DNA of 64,000 nucleotides from Antedon mediterranea (Eukaryota; Animalia; Echinodermata). A program made the position numbers and the translations under genes. The stretch lies in contig NC_092679.1 in NCBI RefSeq assembly GCF_964355755.1, forward strand, positions 12,879,432 through 12,943,431, read 5' to 3'. Of the stretch, positions 1-12,176 are shown one piece after another (the first letter of the stretch is position 1; each line of letters opens with the position of its first letter). Below the pieces are notes generated by a model, which was not told the DNA's origin, did not search any database, and worked only from the letters and a program-made list of their open reading frames with translations.

Positions 1-573
1 CAACAGCCGCAACATCGAGTGCATGACCATGTGTGTAACACGTATATGTGGGCTAGCCTCGCTCGATCATTTCGAGAGGGCGGACGTTTTCACGGACAAT
101 CGTATTCGATTAGTATCTATGTATCCCAGAAGTGTGTACGCTAGGTCCATGCTATAATCACCTGGAGAATATACTAGTCGAATACCGTACATGTGGCCGC
201 CAAGAAGGGCTTGCGCTAGGAGTACGGCGATTGTGCGTATAACTACTGTATAAATAAATACTATTCCATCGTACGTAAACGTTTACAAATGAAATTTTAT
301 CGCCATAATGAACAAATCTTTTCATCATATTTTTAGTATAACATCATGCTAAAATGCCTTGAAAACTAGGCAGAAGCAGGTTGCCGTTACGTTAGTTAGT
401 TAGTTACTTTAGCTAGGCCTAGCCTACTCAGGCCTAGCAAACGAGGTGACGATAGCCTAGGCCTATGTACAATCTGTGTGGTGAGGCATTTATGTTCGGT
501 GTATAAGACGCACCCTTAATTTAGAGGTCAAATTTGCGTGTCAAAAGTGCGACTTATACACCGAAATATACGG
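1..573. mobile_element. Tc1/mariner-type MITE, right part (cut by window start)
   Basis: Near-identical to 17210-17749. Ends in the TIR ...gacttatacaccgaaatatacgg followed by TA. Confidence 0.85.
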
Positions 574-859
574 TAATATGAAAATGAAAAAAACATTGAA
601 AAATCAAAGAAATTGTTAAAATAAATAAAATAATAAATAAAATAATAAAATATCTATATTAAAACTTATGTATTATTTGTTTATTATTTCACATTGGTTG
701 ATGATGGCAACGTTGTCTAAATGTAATTATTCTTTATTATTCAACAGGTTAATTAGGTATGGCAAAGGGCTATTTTTATATCATTTAGTTTTACATTTTA
801 TTTGTTGATATGGGTTGGTCTTTCTTAAGTTGTACGGTTTATTTCTAGGCTGTAGCCAT

Positions 860-1100
860 GATTGAAAATATGCTGACTTATTATCCACAGATTGATATTT
901 TCATTTTTTTCTGTGATGCAATATATCGTGAAGGGAAAATATAGAAGAACAGTATTTCCCCGATTTTTAACAGATCCTGTAAAAAAAAGCACAATTCAGG
1001 TACAAGAAAACGCCAGGCTAGGTCTACAGCTAGCACACAATGTTCATGCGTTACTGACATAAGCCCTGTCTACTAGGTCATTCAACACAAGCTATTAGGT
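860..1100 (+). mobile_element. Decayed fragment of the TTAA MITE family, split by a Helitron-like insertion (resumes about 2238-2282)
   Basis: gcaatatatcgtgaagggaaaat...ctaggtctacagctagc matches 42438-42560. aatgtatatttaaga.aaggaatatcctggtttaatgtatgcatt at about 2237-2281 matches 42681-42726. Confidence 0.65.
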
Positions 1101-1103
1101 AAT

Positions 1104-2235
1104 ACTAGCAGGGAACTTTATCTGCCTTACTATGTGGTTATAAACTTCACATGGGAGGAATAAGTATAATAATAGTGAACACTGATAAAAGTACTCTGAA
1201 AATTTGTCGAAATAAAAAAAATTGTATCAAGAATCAAATTTGGAACTGTTTACGGACATTGATTTTTTTTTTTACACTATTCCTTAACGTTGAAATATCT
1301 GTAATCTAAAAAATGAAAGCAATACTGGATATGGAACTTTAAACTTTACTTTGACTGTTCAGACTGTACAAAAATAGAAGACGCTGAAGAAATATTGTGT
1401 TGTGTGAATTATTCTATGGTGCGCATCAAAAAGTGACAACGTGCATGTTCATAAAAGGGACATGTTGAACTCTGCCAATCAGTCAGCAGTTAAAAAATTT
1501 CAATGATAAAATTTAAAAAAAATGGTAATTTATAGTGAGATGTATTGAATGGATACTGCTGCTTTGGACTTAAAATCAACACAAAAAAATGCACATGGTG
1601 GTAGTTAGTTGACATTAGATACGCGCAGCAGCAGACATTAACGAAAGTAAAATACCAAACTTATTTTGGGTGTTTTTCGTTTATTGTGTATTATTAGATA
1701 GCTATAGATAAAATAAAAAAGTGGACATAAATCGAATCAGAATACTAATACTTATCATTTACACATTTTGCAGATTCAAACTTGAACTTACTAAGCATTA
1801 CTATCAATGGCCACAGTGTTTTACTCACTGAGCTAGCCATGATTTACAAAATTCATTCTGTTTAAAGGATAGGTGTAGCTAATTAAAACGTACACGACGC
1901 GATCAGTTGATATGGTTGGTCGGCAGCCGAGACTAAATACCGTTTAAATTTTGTGGCTTGCCGAAGGATTTGTAGATCCGGCCATGGCGGTACACAACAG
2001 AGGTGGTTGCGTACTTGAAAAGTGACGTAACAACTCGTGAAACATGGCCGTCAAATTTCTCTTATTTTTTGAATTTTAAAAATGTTTATCATTAAAATTC
2101 AGGAAAGTGATATAGCCTATCGTGTGCAGCCCGTCAATAAACATTAATATGGCAGATGTGGGCACGTACCATTCAGCGGTTTTAGAGGAGATACGTAAAA
2201 TTATGCGAACAATTTAGTAGCATTTATATATAGAT
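1104..2235 (-). mobile_element. Putative non-autonomous Helitron
   Basis: On the minus strand it reads A|TCTATATATA...CTAG|T, with no TSD. It interrupts a MITE whose two halves rejoin around it. No clear 3' hairpin seen. Confidence 0.5.
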
Positions 2236-4561
2236 AATGTATATTTAAGAGAAGGAATATCCTGGTTTAATGTATGCATTCTGACTCTGTAAACTTTTTA
2301 GATTCTATTGACAATGTTTAATATTTCAATATGAATAAAAATGGAAATGTAATACTACAAAATCAATCAAGTTTAATGTGCAAGTTGTTTCTTCTGTTTA
2401 TTTGTTTGTAATTTATTATAGTTTGAGATTAAACTCAGATGAGAATTTTAAAGTATATTTTAATCATTTCAATTACAAATACTTTATATTACCTAATTTT
2501 GATTATTTTGTCTCCAGACGGTAAGGAAAAGAAAATACAAATGGACCGGACATATGCTAAGGCTTCCGATGGATACTGGTAAAGCGGCGTACATATTTTT
2601 GTGTCTGAACCATGCCGCGGATTAGCGTTAGGGAGATGTTACTCCGCGCCAGTGCCGTTAATAACTCTAGCAGGAGAGGGTAGATTTCATAACGCTAATC
2701 CAGTGATGCATCAGTGATTTTAACATTAACCAATGAAAATACACGACCACGATTAGCAGACAGCAACTACTGTACATACCCGTACCCAATGATAGGACAG
2801 CGAAATAGCTATGTCAAATGTATTTTCATGTTCAGATTTTAAAGAACAGTAAAAAGTTGGCGTCAGTGATATGATATTCAATTAAATCAATTAATCAGAT
2901 AACGTTTTAAATTATTTGGAATTAAAATGTAATTCTACAAGTATTAAGAACAAATCAGTAAACATTATATAAATACAAATAACAAAAAACAATGTAAACG
3001 ATGTAAACTTTCATGCATTGTCATGAATTTATACATAATAGTTCTATCTGCTTTGACCAGATCAGAGTGTTTTAAACGCAAGGCATTGGAATGTTGATCG
3101 TTGTGTCTGAACACCTTGGCTTTTAACTCCACCGTAACTCCGTGAGTCTGAACATACCCTAATTATGGACTAATGGACATTAAAACATCTGGACAATTTC
3201 TTCACTGGACCTTTCTGTGGCAAATTCGTGAACCCAATTGAATTGTGATACTATAAGGTTGATTTTCCAATTGTAAATCTATATCATTACATTACAATAG
3301 AATTGTTAATAGAATTTTAACAAACACCTTTCTAAAAAAAATTTAGATAAAAGATAGTGATCTTTGTACCTTTTGTAAAATTAACACTGAAACAATTCAG
3401 CATATATTTTATGATTGTATCCATGCAATTTGTGGGCTTTTGTTATCCAACAAATTAAAAGCAAACAAATACATGGGTGGAATAATAATAATTTAGAGAA
3501 AAGTCTTACAAAGAATGCATTTTATTTGGTAATGCTGACAAGTCTGTAAAAAATCTTATCATTTTGGTAAAATTGTTTATTTATCCAGATGTGCAGATAT
3601 AAAACCATTAAATTTAGGACTGGTAAACTTTATAAGCCGAAACAAAAGTAGAAGAGTATTTTGAGTCGATAAATGACGAAATAGAATTGTTTAATGTGAA
3701 ATGGAAACTTGTTAAACTTTTAATTTTATATAGGACCTTTTCTTTTGTAAATGGGGAAAAAGGAAGAAAGGAAACATTACAAGTAGAGTCACCAGTCAAA
3801 GTGGAAAAAAGGATTAAAATCATATCTGTTTAATTTATCTTGGTGAACAGGAAAGGAAGTGTGATATAAACTCATTCTGCCTGAACACAATTTCAGTAAT
3901 ATTCACAAAAACTTTTTTGTTATTAAGTTGATTGCTATAGTCTTGCATTTTTTGAAGAATTATTATAGATTTTTTTGCAAAAAAATCTGTCCAGTAGTTC
4001 AAAAGTTATGATAAAATATCTAATTTTTCTGAGATATCCTTGTGGCTATTCTAATTATTACACACCCCACTGCTCAAATGCATGTTGGCTATTCCAAACT
4101 TGCTGGCTAGTCTGAAGATAGTACAGTTGGTAGAGATTCTCATAGAGATATTTTCTCTATAATATATCTATGGTATTCTGAATGTGTACACATAAGTAAT
4201 TAAATAACTCCTTGCTGTTGGAAGTTTATTTTTAATATTAATAAAGTAAATAACAAAATAAAGAATTAGCTATAATTATAACACATTTAAAATGAATGCC
4301 TTTTATAATTAGTTACCTAAAGTAACTTTACTCCACTTTTTTTACATATAATATAATAATTTATTTTGGATTTTGGAAGCTACACTTTAGAAACAGTGGC
4401 ACACTTCTTGAATGAAGGTGCTTCCAGAGTAAGTAAAATAAATAAATATTATTTAACAATAGGCCTATTAGTACAAGGAAACATACTGGAGTCAACTTAT
4501 TTGACAAAACAACGCATTTCAATTGGACAATTTACATGTTGAAAATTAATAAAAATATTCA

Positions 4562-4580
4562 TTAAAGGACAATAGACAGA
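4562..4580 (+). mobile_element. Candidate left terminus of a Kolobok element (TTAA|AGGACAATAGACAG)
   Basis: TTAA followed by AGG, about 340 bp upstream of the THAP-transposase ATG. This fits the Kolobok/T2 terminal pattern. No matching right TIR was found. Confidence 0.4.
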
Positions 4581-4908
4581 TGAAGTCATTCCGTATGTTT
4601 AAAACACCATATATACATAGAATACATTCATTCTTGGCATTATTTTTAATTCGTTTTGGGGAATAAGAAAAATGTACATTCTTATCTGCTCAATCAGTTG
4701 AACTCTACTTCCGGTTCATATGCTGACATCATATTACTAATTAATTAGCTACGTCACGAAAGCGACACTCGACAGCGCTCTACCACGACCATGTGCGATG
4801 TGCGGTAGCTGCCTGCTGTGTATTGTGTTGTTTGATCAGCCGAGTGATTCTTTTGTTCGAAGTTTTCGCAAACTTTTCTTCATTTAAACTTAGTTTTGTT
4901 ACTAAAAA

Positions 4909-7900
4909 ATGCCGTATTGTGCAGTATTTGGGTGTAGTAACTCAACAAGCAGAAACAAGAATGCTCTTTTAAAAGTAGGATTCTTTCGTTTCCCAAAAGA
5001 TAAAGTGTTGCGTAAGGCATGGATCCATGCAATTAAGCGTAAAAATTTTGAGCCTAGCAAACATTCAAGGGTATGTTCAGCACATTTCAACGAGGAGGAT
5101 TTCGAAAGATATCCACCCAAGCTGGCTGAATTTGGTTACCCTGGCGCTAGTTGGAAGTTGAAAGTGGATAGGATTCCATCACAAGTAAACCTAAATCCTG
5201 TAACCACCGGTAGTACGGAAGAAAAGACACGAAGTGCGTACAAAAAACGAAGACGCCGAGAGGCAAGTATTGCTATTTTCTGCATGTCTTTAGTTAGTTA
5301 ATTTAGACCTTACTAGCCTAAAGGGGTCTATGATAAATTCGGCCGCCACTCGTTTCAGTCGCAAGTTTAGGCCTAGAAAATGTAGGCCTAAGACTTGAAA
5401 TTATAAAAAAAGATGTAAAATGTTTAATATAGTAATGTATAGGCCTAGCAAGGCTATAATTAACTTAAAAATAGTAGGCCTACATACTACAGACAGGCGT
5501 GTAATTGTGCTGGGTGGAGGTGGGCAGGGACTTCAATAATTTTAAACCAACAATAAACCCCCGAATAACCTAAATTATTATTGTTTTAACTACCAGTAAT
5601 CACCCTTCCTTACATTTTTGTAGCTATCCCTGATCCTATGTACAGTACTAGGCCTCATAGTTATATATATATCATTAATGGAGCATATATTGGCATTATT
5701 GCTCCATCTACATTTTTTTATTAACAACAAGCAAAAGGCCTACTTAAATAATGACACTAGTTCAATCAATGATTGGTATTAAAAACTAATTTTATTTAGT
5801 ATTAATATATTCTATGTTTATGAATTAAATATAACTAACTAAAGACTAACCAAACATCTGATTTGTGCATAGGTTGTTCAGAGTGTATTGGAGAAGGCTA
5901 CAACTAGTCTAGCTGCAACAGATAGTTCATCTGAAGACTTGATGCCATCTACAGAATCAGCTGAACCAATTGTACAGGAACCAGCAACACCAATTGTTGA
6001 GGAGCCAACTGTAAGGATGTGCATTGTGAATTCACGCTATTCGCAGACAATGCCAATGCCTAAGCCAAAACCACCACCAGTAGTAAAGAAACATACCACC
6101 ACACAACACTCCCAAACCGAAATATACGGAATTGATCAGATTCTTGTTATGATGCCAGCTTCTTCATCTTCATCTGAGACTTCATCGGAAGAAGACTCAT
6201 CTTCATCTGATGAGTCTTCTGAAGATGAAGATGATGAATACATTCCAGAACTGGAGGAGGAAAGTGAGAGCGACGATAGTGACTGGGAAATTGTTGTAGA
6301 TGATGATGACTCATTCACAACAAAAGAGCCCCAGAAAGACAGAACTTTTATTGTGTTTGAGTCATGCCTAAAAGAGTTGCTGTCCCATTGCTGCGTTTCA
6401 GGTTGTTCATCAATAGCATCTACACGATTGGTGAAAACTCTGGGTAGCATGGCTGTTTTCCGTTCCGAATGTTTAAACAGTCATGTTAGGGAGTGGAAGA
6501 CACAGCCTACACAAGGACGAATGCCATGGGGAAATCTTCATCTTTCTGCTGCAATTTGTTTTTCTGGATGCAACACATCAAAATTTATTTCTCTATGTGA
6601 ACATGCAAACTTGCAATGTTTTACTTCACGAACATATACCCGTTTACAGGAGGCATACCTCATCCCTGCCATCAACAACGTGTGGGAAAATGAGCAAAAA
6701 GAAATTCTTGAAAGTAGACGAGGGAAGCACCTTACGATCGGAGGGGATGGGCGTTGTGACAGTCCTGGACACACTGCCAAGTATTGCTCGTACACCATAA
6801 TCGATCTTGAGACGAACATGGTTGTGGACACACAGATGATTCAGGTATGTATACTTCTGAATTTCAATACTATGACTTGCACTTGGAATAGAAGGATTAT
6901 TTGTTTAAATAGAATGAAACTCTAGAAGTTGGTTTTGAAACATTAACAAAATGAAATGTACTGCATAATTTACAATCCATAATAAAAAGCCAGTGGCATT
7001 TAACTTACAAATTCATAGACTTATAGCATGCCAAAAAAACGCCACAGAAACTGTGATATTAACTATGCTATTCTTTATATTTATATAGTCTAGCGAGGCA
7101 AGCAGCTCAAATGCGATGGAGCTGGCAGGACTTAAATTGTGCAAGGCAACATTAGATACTGCTGAAATCAAGGTTGATGCCATGATAACGGATAGGCATG
7201 TTCAGGTCAAGAAATATATGCGGGAAGAATGGAAGGAAGCCAAGCATTACTTTGATGTGTGGCATGTTAAAAAAGGTCACTTTTTAAATTTATTTTTTAA
7301 ATATTCTTTTTAAATTTTAAATAATGTTAAAATAGCACAACAAATACCATTTGGGTAATAATAAATATTATATTCATAATGTTGTGCACCAAACAGGCAG
7401 TTGAAAAATGTTTCCATTTCTATTCCATGGTAAGCTAAGTAAGCTACAGCATACCTAATATTAATTACTTTCATAGGTGTACACAAAAGGCTGCTGAAAG
7501 CTGGTACAAAGAAAGGTGCAGAAGATCTACGGTGCTGGATTAAATCCGTTGGTAACCATATGTATTGGGTAGCCTCATCCAGTGGCGAGAATCAAGCGAT
7601 CAAAACAGAAAAGTGGCGTTCGATTTTTTCTCATGTTTGCAATGTTCATGATGGTTTTGAAGGTGAATTTTGTCAGTGCTCTCATGATGTCCTAGATGAA
7701 GACAGACTCTGGCTAACGAAAGGTAAACTGTCCATCATACTGTGACAATGTGTGTTTGTGCATGCACAGCCAAGGATATTAAAGAATAATTATTTATACA
7801 GAAAATCTTCTTAGAAGTGGGACTGGTTAGAATGTCTCCAATTAAAAAATTGCACTTTCTTTGTTACTTCTTAGGAACACGACCATACAAACTCTTGTCA

Positions 7901-8869
7901 GAAATCGTTTTATACCCATACCTACTGAGAGATATCCCACAGCTTTCTCCTCGGTTGCAGACATATGGCCTTGAAGTGTTCCACAGTGTCCTCCTCAAAT
8001 TTGCTCCAAAGAACACCCACTACTTCTACAAGTCAATGAAAGCAAGGTATTGTTTTTCTTATGTGTTTAGCAGAATGTTGTTTTCTTATTTAATACTCAT
8101 ACCAAGGATGTGTATGTTGACATCTCCCTGTATAAACAGTATGTGTGTATGATGATGAGTTCTGGTGTATACCTTGTACTCTCTAGTATAAAAAGAGGAA
8201 TTATAGTTTCTTATTGCGTAAAGTAAACTGGAAAAAGATTACACCCACACCCATTTTACCTCTGGTTCAACATGAAATTGTCTATAAATATTTATGCAAG
8301 TACACTCCATCATTTATTGATGTACTGAATAGTTAATGCACTCCAACACTTCAAATACAGGATTCAACTAGCGGCTCTTCATTTTAATGAAAACGGAAAT
8401 AAGGAGCAGGCTACAAAAGCAGATGGAACCAAACGGTGGTCTGTATGCTACCCAAAAGCAAAGAAGGAAAAAGAGGCAGTCCCAAAGAAAATCAAAGTTC
8501 CCTCTACTTATAGTAAGTTTTGGATTTAATCTAAATTGTCCTCTAGATTGTATCCTAGTGTAGCAGCAAGGACATTTTTATTGCAATGGTTGATTATATA
8601 CTGTAAAGGAAATTAATGGAAATTGTATTACATACTTGCATGCATTATCATGATTTTTGTATTTCATTGTAGGATATGTAGAGAGGTTAATGGAAGATGT
8701 ATGTAGGATACGTGAACAGTTCCAAAGTCACCAGAAAGCAATTATGGATGCTAGAGAAAATTATTCTGCTGCACCACAGCCTATCACATCCAAATTCAAA
8801 AAGTTTGACAAATCAGAATTGGTGTTAAACAAGCAATCACGTTTCCAAAAAGCAAAGGACAGCAACTGA
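4909..8869 (+). CDS. THAP-domain DDE transposase, Kolobok-type; 7 exons, 759 aa, intact
   Basis: Exons 4909-5262, 5873-6844, 7089-7275, 7477-7722, 7875-8046, 8361-8512 and 8673-8869 join in frame (2280 nt). THAP: MPYCAVFGCSN...FFRFP...W...RVCSAHF. An acidic linker and a Cys/His cluster (CCVSGC...CLNSH) follow. Catalytic-type motifs: GDGRCDSPGH, TDRH, HYFDVWH, LEVFHS, LAALHFNEN. PolyA signals near 8948-8965. Confidence 0.9.
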
Positions 8870-9289
8870 TTGATGTGTTGATAATGACGTAAAATGTAAA
8901 ATATACTGACATTAAGTTTTTTTGAATGCTGGAAAACATGTTCTCTCATTAAAAAATCAAATAAACTTTGTACTGTGTAATAATAATAGTTTTATTTTGG
9001 AACGGATAACTTTATCACCTTTACTATTTACTACTAAGACTATATTAAAAAAATATTGAAAGTATTAACTATCAATAGGACAACATTTTTTTTTATTCAA
9101 TGCAAACGTCAGGGGAAGTCAGTTGAACCCACAAATATGAAAAATATCATCGGTCACAAATGTGATAATGCCCACAAATGTAAAAAAAAAAAAAACAATT
9201 CTTGTCAAGTTTAGTGCTAGACCCAAACAATTGTGGTACTTAATCTTTTTACGAGGTAATGTTAATGTATTTATATACATTATATTGAG

Positions 9290-9900
9290 TTGCTTCAATA
9301 CTTGTGGGTGCACGATACGCATTGGATTACTATTAAGTCGATGTTTGCAATTAGGTGCGCGCGTGCACGTCATTACTTCAAGGTCAAGGTCATATCATGA
9401 ATTTCCAAGTCGATGTTCAGTCCAGTGTTTGTTGCAAGGTCATTTACCATTACTACTCATGTAGTGTGTAGTTATCTCGCTGGCCTACTATTAAGGCACG
9501 TATAGTTCCAAGTAGCATGCAATTGGAAATATGTGGACATAATAACAGAGGTCCTCCCTGATAATATAGTAAGCCAACGATTTAACAACAAACTAAAAGG
9601 TAATGTTATAAATGACCATGTAGTATCATGCACGCGCAACAAACACCAAATATCGACTTGGAACTATGCATAATAACTGAGGTATCCCCTGATAATAGTA
9701 AGCAAACGACTTAACAACCACAAACTAATGTTATAAATGACTATAGTATTGTGCACGCGCGCAACAAACACCGAACATTGATTTGGAACTATACATAATA
9801 GTAAGCCAAAATGAGTTAACAACCGCACACTACAAGTAGCATGCAATGGTATAGGATATTGACCTTGTAGTATTGTTCAAGTACGCGCAGCAAATAACAT
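9290..9900. repeat. Degenerate inverted plus tandem repeat array (foldback-like); continues at 11310-11349 and 11976-12170
   Basis: Recurring cgcgcaacaaacacc..atcgacttggaactat..ataatagtaagc units about 120-135 bp apart. A reverse-complement copy (ttccaagtcgatgttcag..gtgtttgttgc) lies at about 9400-9436. Confidence 0.55.
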
Positions 9901-11308
9901 ATAGATACAGATACAGATTCATTTATTGTCCAATATAAATGGAAATTACAGTGCAAATGACATTGGCTTGCCTAAAATAAATAAATATAAGGGGGACTAT
10001 CTAACAAATGTTTTGTTATAATGCCTTATCCCAGCTGGGTAGAACGAGTACTTGTAACCGTCCATCTGCGCATTCACTGTCCTCATCCTACCACTTCTAA
10101 CGATAACGGAGGTGGTTGGTGTCTTCCAATATAGAATGAACACATCAGCAAGACGTTCGCTGTAGAAAGAGTCAAGCGTTTGCACAGACGAACTATACTT
10201 TCCCCGCTCTAAGTACCCAGCACCTTTTCAATTCGGTCTTTATCCCCTTTTTATTGATATTCCCAGCCCAGCATACAATAACTCCAAACAGATAACATCA
10301 CTGATGAGTAAAAAATTTTACAAATATCCTGCTTTACTCCAAATGAACCGAGTTTCCTCAGGCAGTACAGCCTTCTATTTAACTTCTTAACTACTGTATA
10401 TGGTCAACATGATCCCCCCATTTAAGCATAGTCAAATACTACTCCCAGATACTTATAATTGTTAACAATCTCTACTTCCTTTCCTTTAATGTATACCGGA
10501 TCCATACTGTCAGACCTATTGTGTTTTCGAAAATCAATCCGCATTTCATTCGTTTTATTTATGTTTAGTTCAAGTGCCACAGTAATCGGTAAATCGAATA
10601 ATCTCAGAAAGGTATAAGAGAAGAATTGTTGTTATTAATAAGTCCAACCATAGCCGAGTCGTCCGCAAATTTTATCATTGGACAACTCAGGGTTATCGAC
10701 CTAAAGTCTGACGTGTACAGAGTATATAAACAAAAAAGGTGCCAATACAGTACCTTGTGGTACACCAGTACTAGTACGCACAGTATCGGAAATAATATTA
10801 TTCTGTAACTTAACATACTGCTATGTTCGACTAAAAAATTAAACACAAACGAAATTAAAACACTTGGAACATTCATATCAAATAATTTATCAAATAATTT
10901 TTGAAATAATATGTGTGGTTGAATTGTTTTAAATGCGGAACTAAAATCAAAGTACATAACCCTAACGCATGGGTTCGTTTTCCAGTCATCTAAATGACGG
11001 TACATTTGGTGGAGCTTATAATTATATCAAAGCGTCTTCAGTGCTCCTGTTTGTGCAGTAAACGAATTGGAGTGGGTTAAGAAAATCCGCAACTGATAAC
11101 TAAGCCTATTTAACACAATTTTTTCACACACAGAGGTCAGTGCAACTGGTCTAAGATCATTATAACAACTAATATGATGTCGTTTTGGAATTGGGATTGA
11201 ACAGGATGTCTTCCATGCACATGGAAGTACATGGGAGGAGAAAACTAAATTAAAAATAAAACTAAAAATATGTGAAAGATGACAAGGACACAATTTCAAA
11301 ATCGACAA
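9901..11308 (-). mobile_element. 5'-truncated, decayed LINE (Rex1/Babar-like RT)
   Basis: RT motifs across frameshifted ORFs: YNDLRPVALTS, VRVMYFDFSSAF, MIKFADD, and a C-terminal SFYPAGIRHYN. Short (TCTGTA)n tail near 9901-9920. Confidence 0.85.
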
Positions 11309-11349
11309 TCAACTTTAAGCTATACACAAATAGTAAGCCAACGAGTTAA

Positions 11350-11975
11350 AGCCCCCTTCCCTACGTTTTTTAGATCTAATTTAAGATCACAAACTATATT
11401 TAATGTAAAAATAATACTATATGGTCCTATTGCGATAACTTTTTTCGTCTTTAAACGGTTAAAAATGTGAAAAATAAGTCGATTCTAACAATTATAGCGG
11501 CCCGTTATAAATCCCAAAGTGCATTGCGCGCGGATTGATATTTTTGTTTTTCACCTGTAATTCGCCCACTTTTCGATCGATCGTGAGGCCAAAACAAATG
11601 GAAGACTCCTAACTTTTCAGCGAAAATATCGGGTTTTCCCCAATTTGTATCAACGGAGTCTGGCAAAAATAGAAAGACAATTAATGCAGCAACTATACAA
11701 CGTCAGGCTAGGTATATAGCTAGCGTATGATGTTCGTACGTTACCGATGTTTACCAGCTAGGCCTACAAAACTAAGCCTAGCTAGGCTAGGCCTAAGACC
11801 GTCCACAAGAGGTCGATCGCCGCGAGCTACTTAGGTAGTGCATTGTTTCTCACTTTTTATCATAATTTACCATAAAACGTACATTTAAGACAAGGAATGA
11901 CATGATTTAATGTTTTTAAAGTGATATATATGTATTATTTTCCAAAAAACGTCCAAAATTGCAGGGAAGGGGTCT
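11350..11975 (+). mobile_element. Kolobok-type MITE with TTAA TSD
   Basis: TTAA|agcccccttccctac...gcagggaaggggtct|TTAA. Related copies at 19756, 42296 and 56863. Confidence 0.85.
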
Positions 11976-12176
11976 TTAACAAACATACACTCTAAAGCAG
12001 CAATGACATATTATCTTGACTTTGAAATAATGTGCATGCAAATGTTGACTTGAACACTGACCAAGAGTACCGTGCGTGCGAGCAGCAAATATCAAACATT
12101 GATTTAATAGTAATACAACGCATTAACGACGATTATAACTGCACGAATATTGTGCACAAGCAACTCAACGAATTTA

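Noticed and set aside
2557-3163. PIF/Harbinger MITE
   Set aside because: The right end (gtctgaacataccc|TAA) looks plausible, but the left end matches too poorly.
3540-3840. Coding exon
   Set aside because: Stops in the plus-strand frames I checked, and the minus ORF has no recognisable motif.
6136-6831. Antisense and alternate-frame ORFs
   Set aside because: Shadows of the transposase exon.
9100-9373. KolX (P2X7 C-terminal-like) partner gene on the minus strand
   Set aside because: The ORF ends in ...ICGFN, but I found no Cys-rich KolX motifs or splice-compatible exons.
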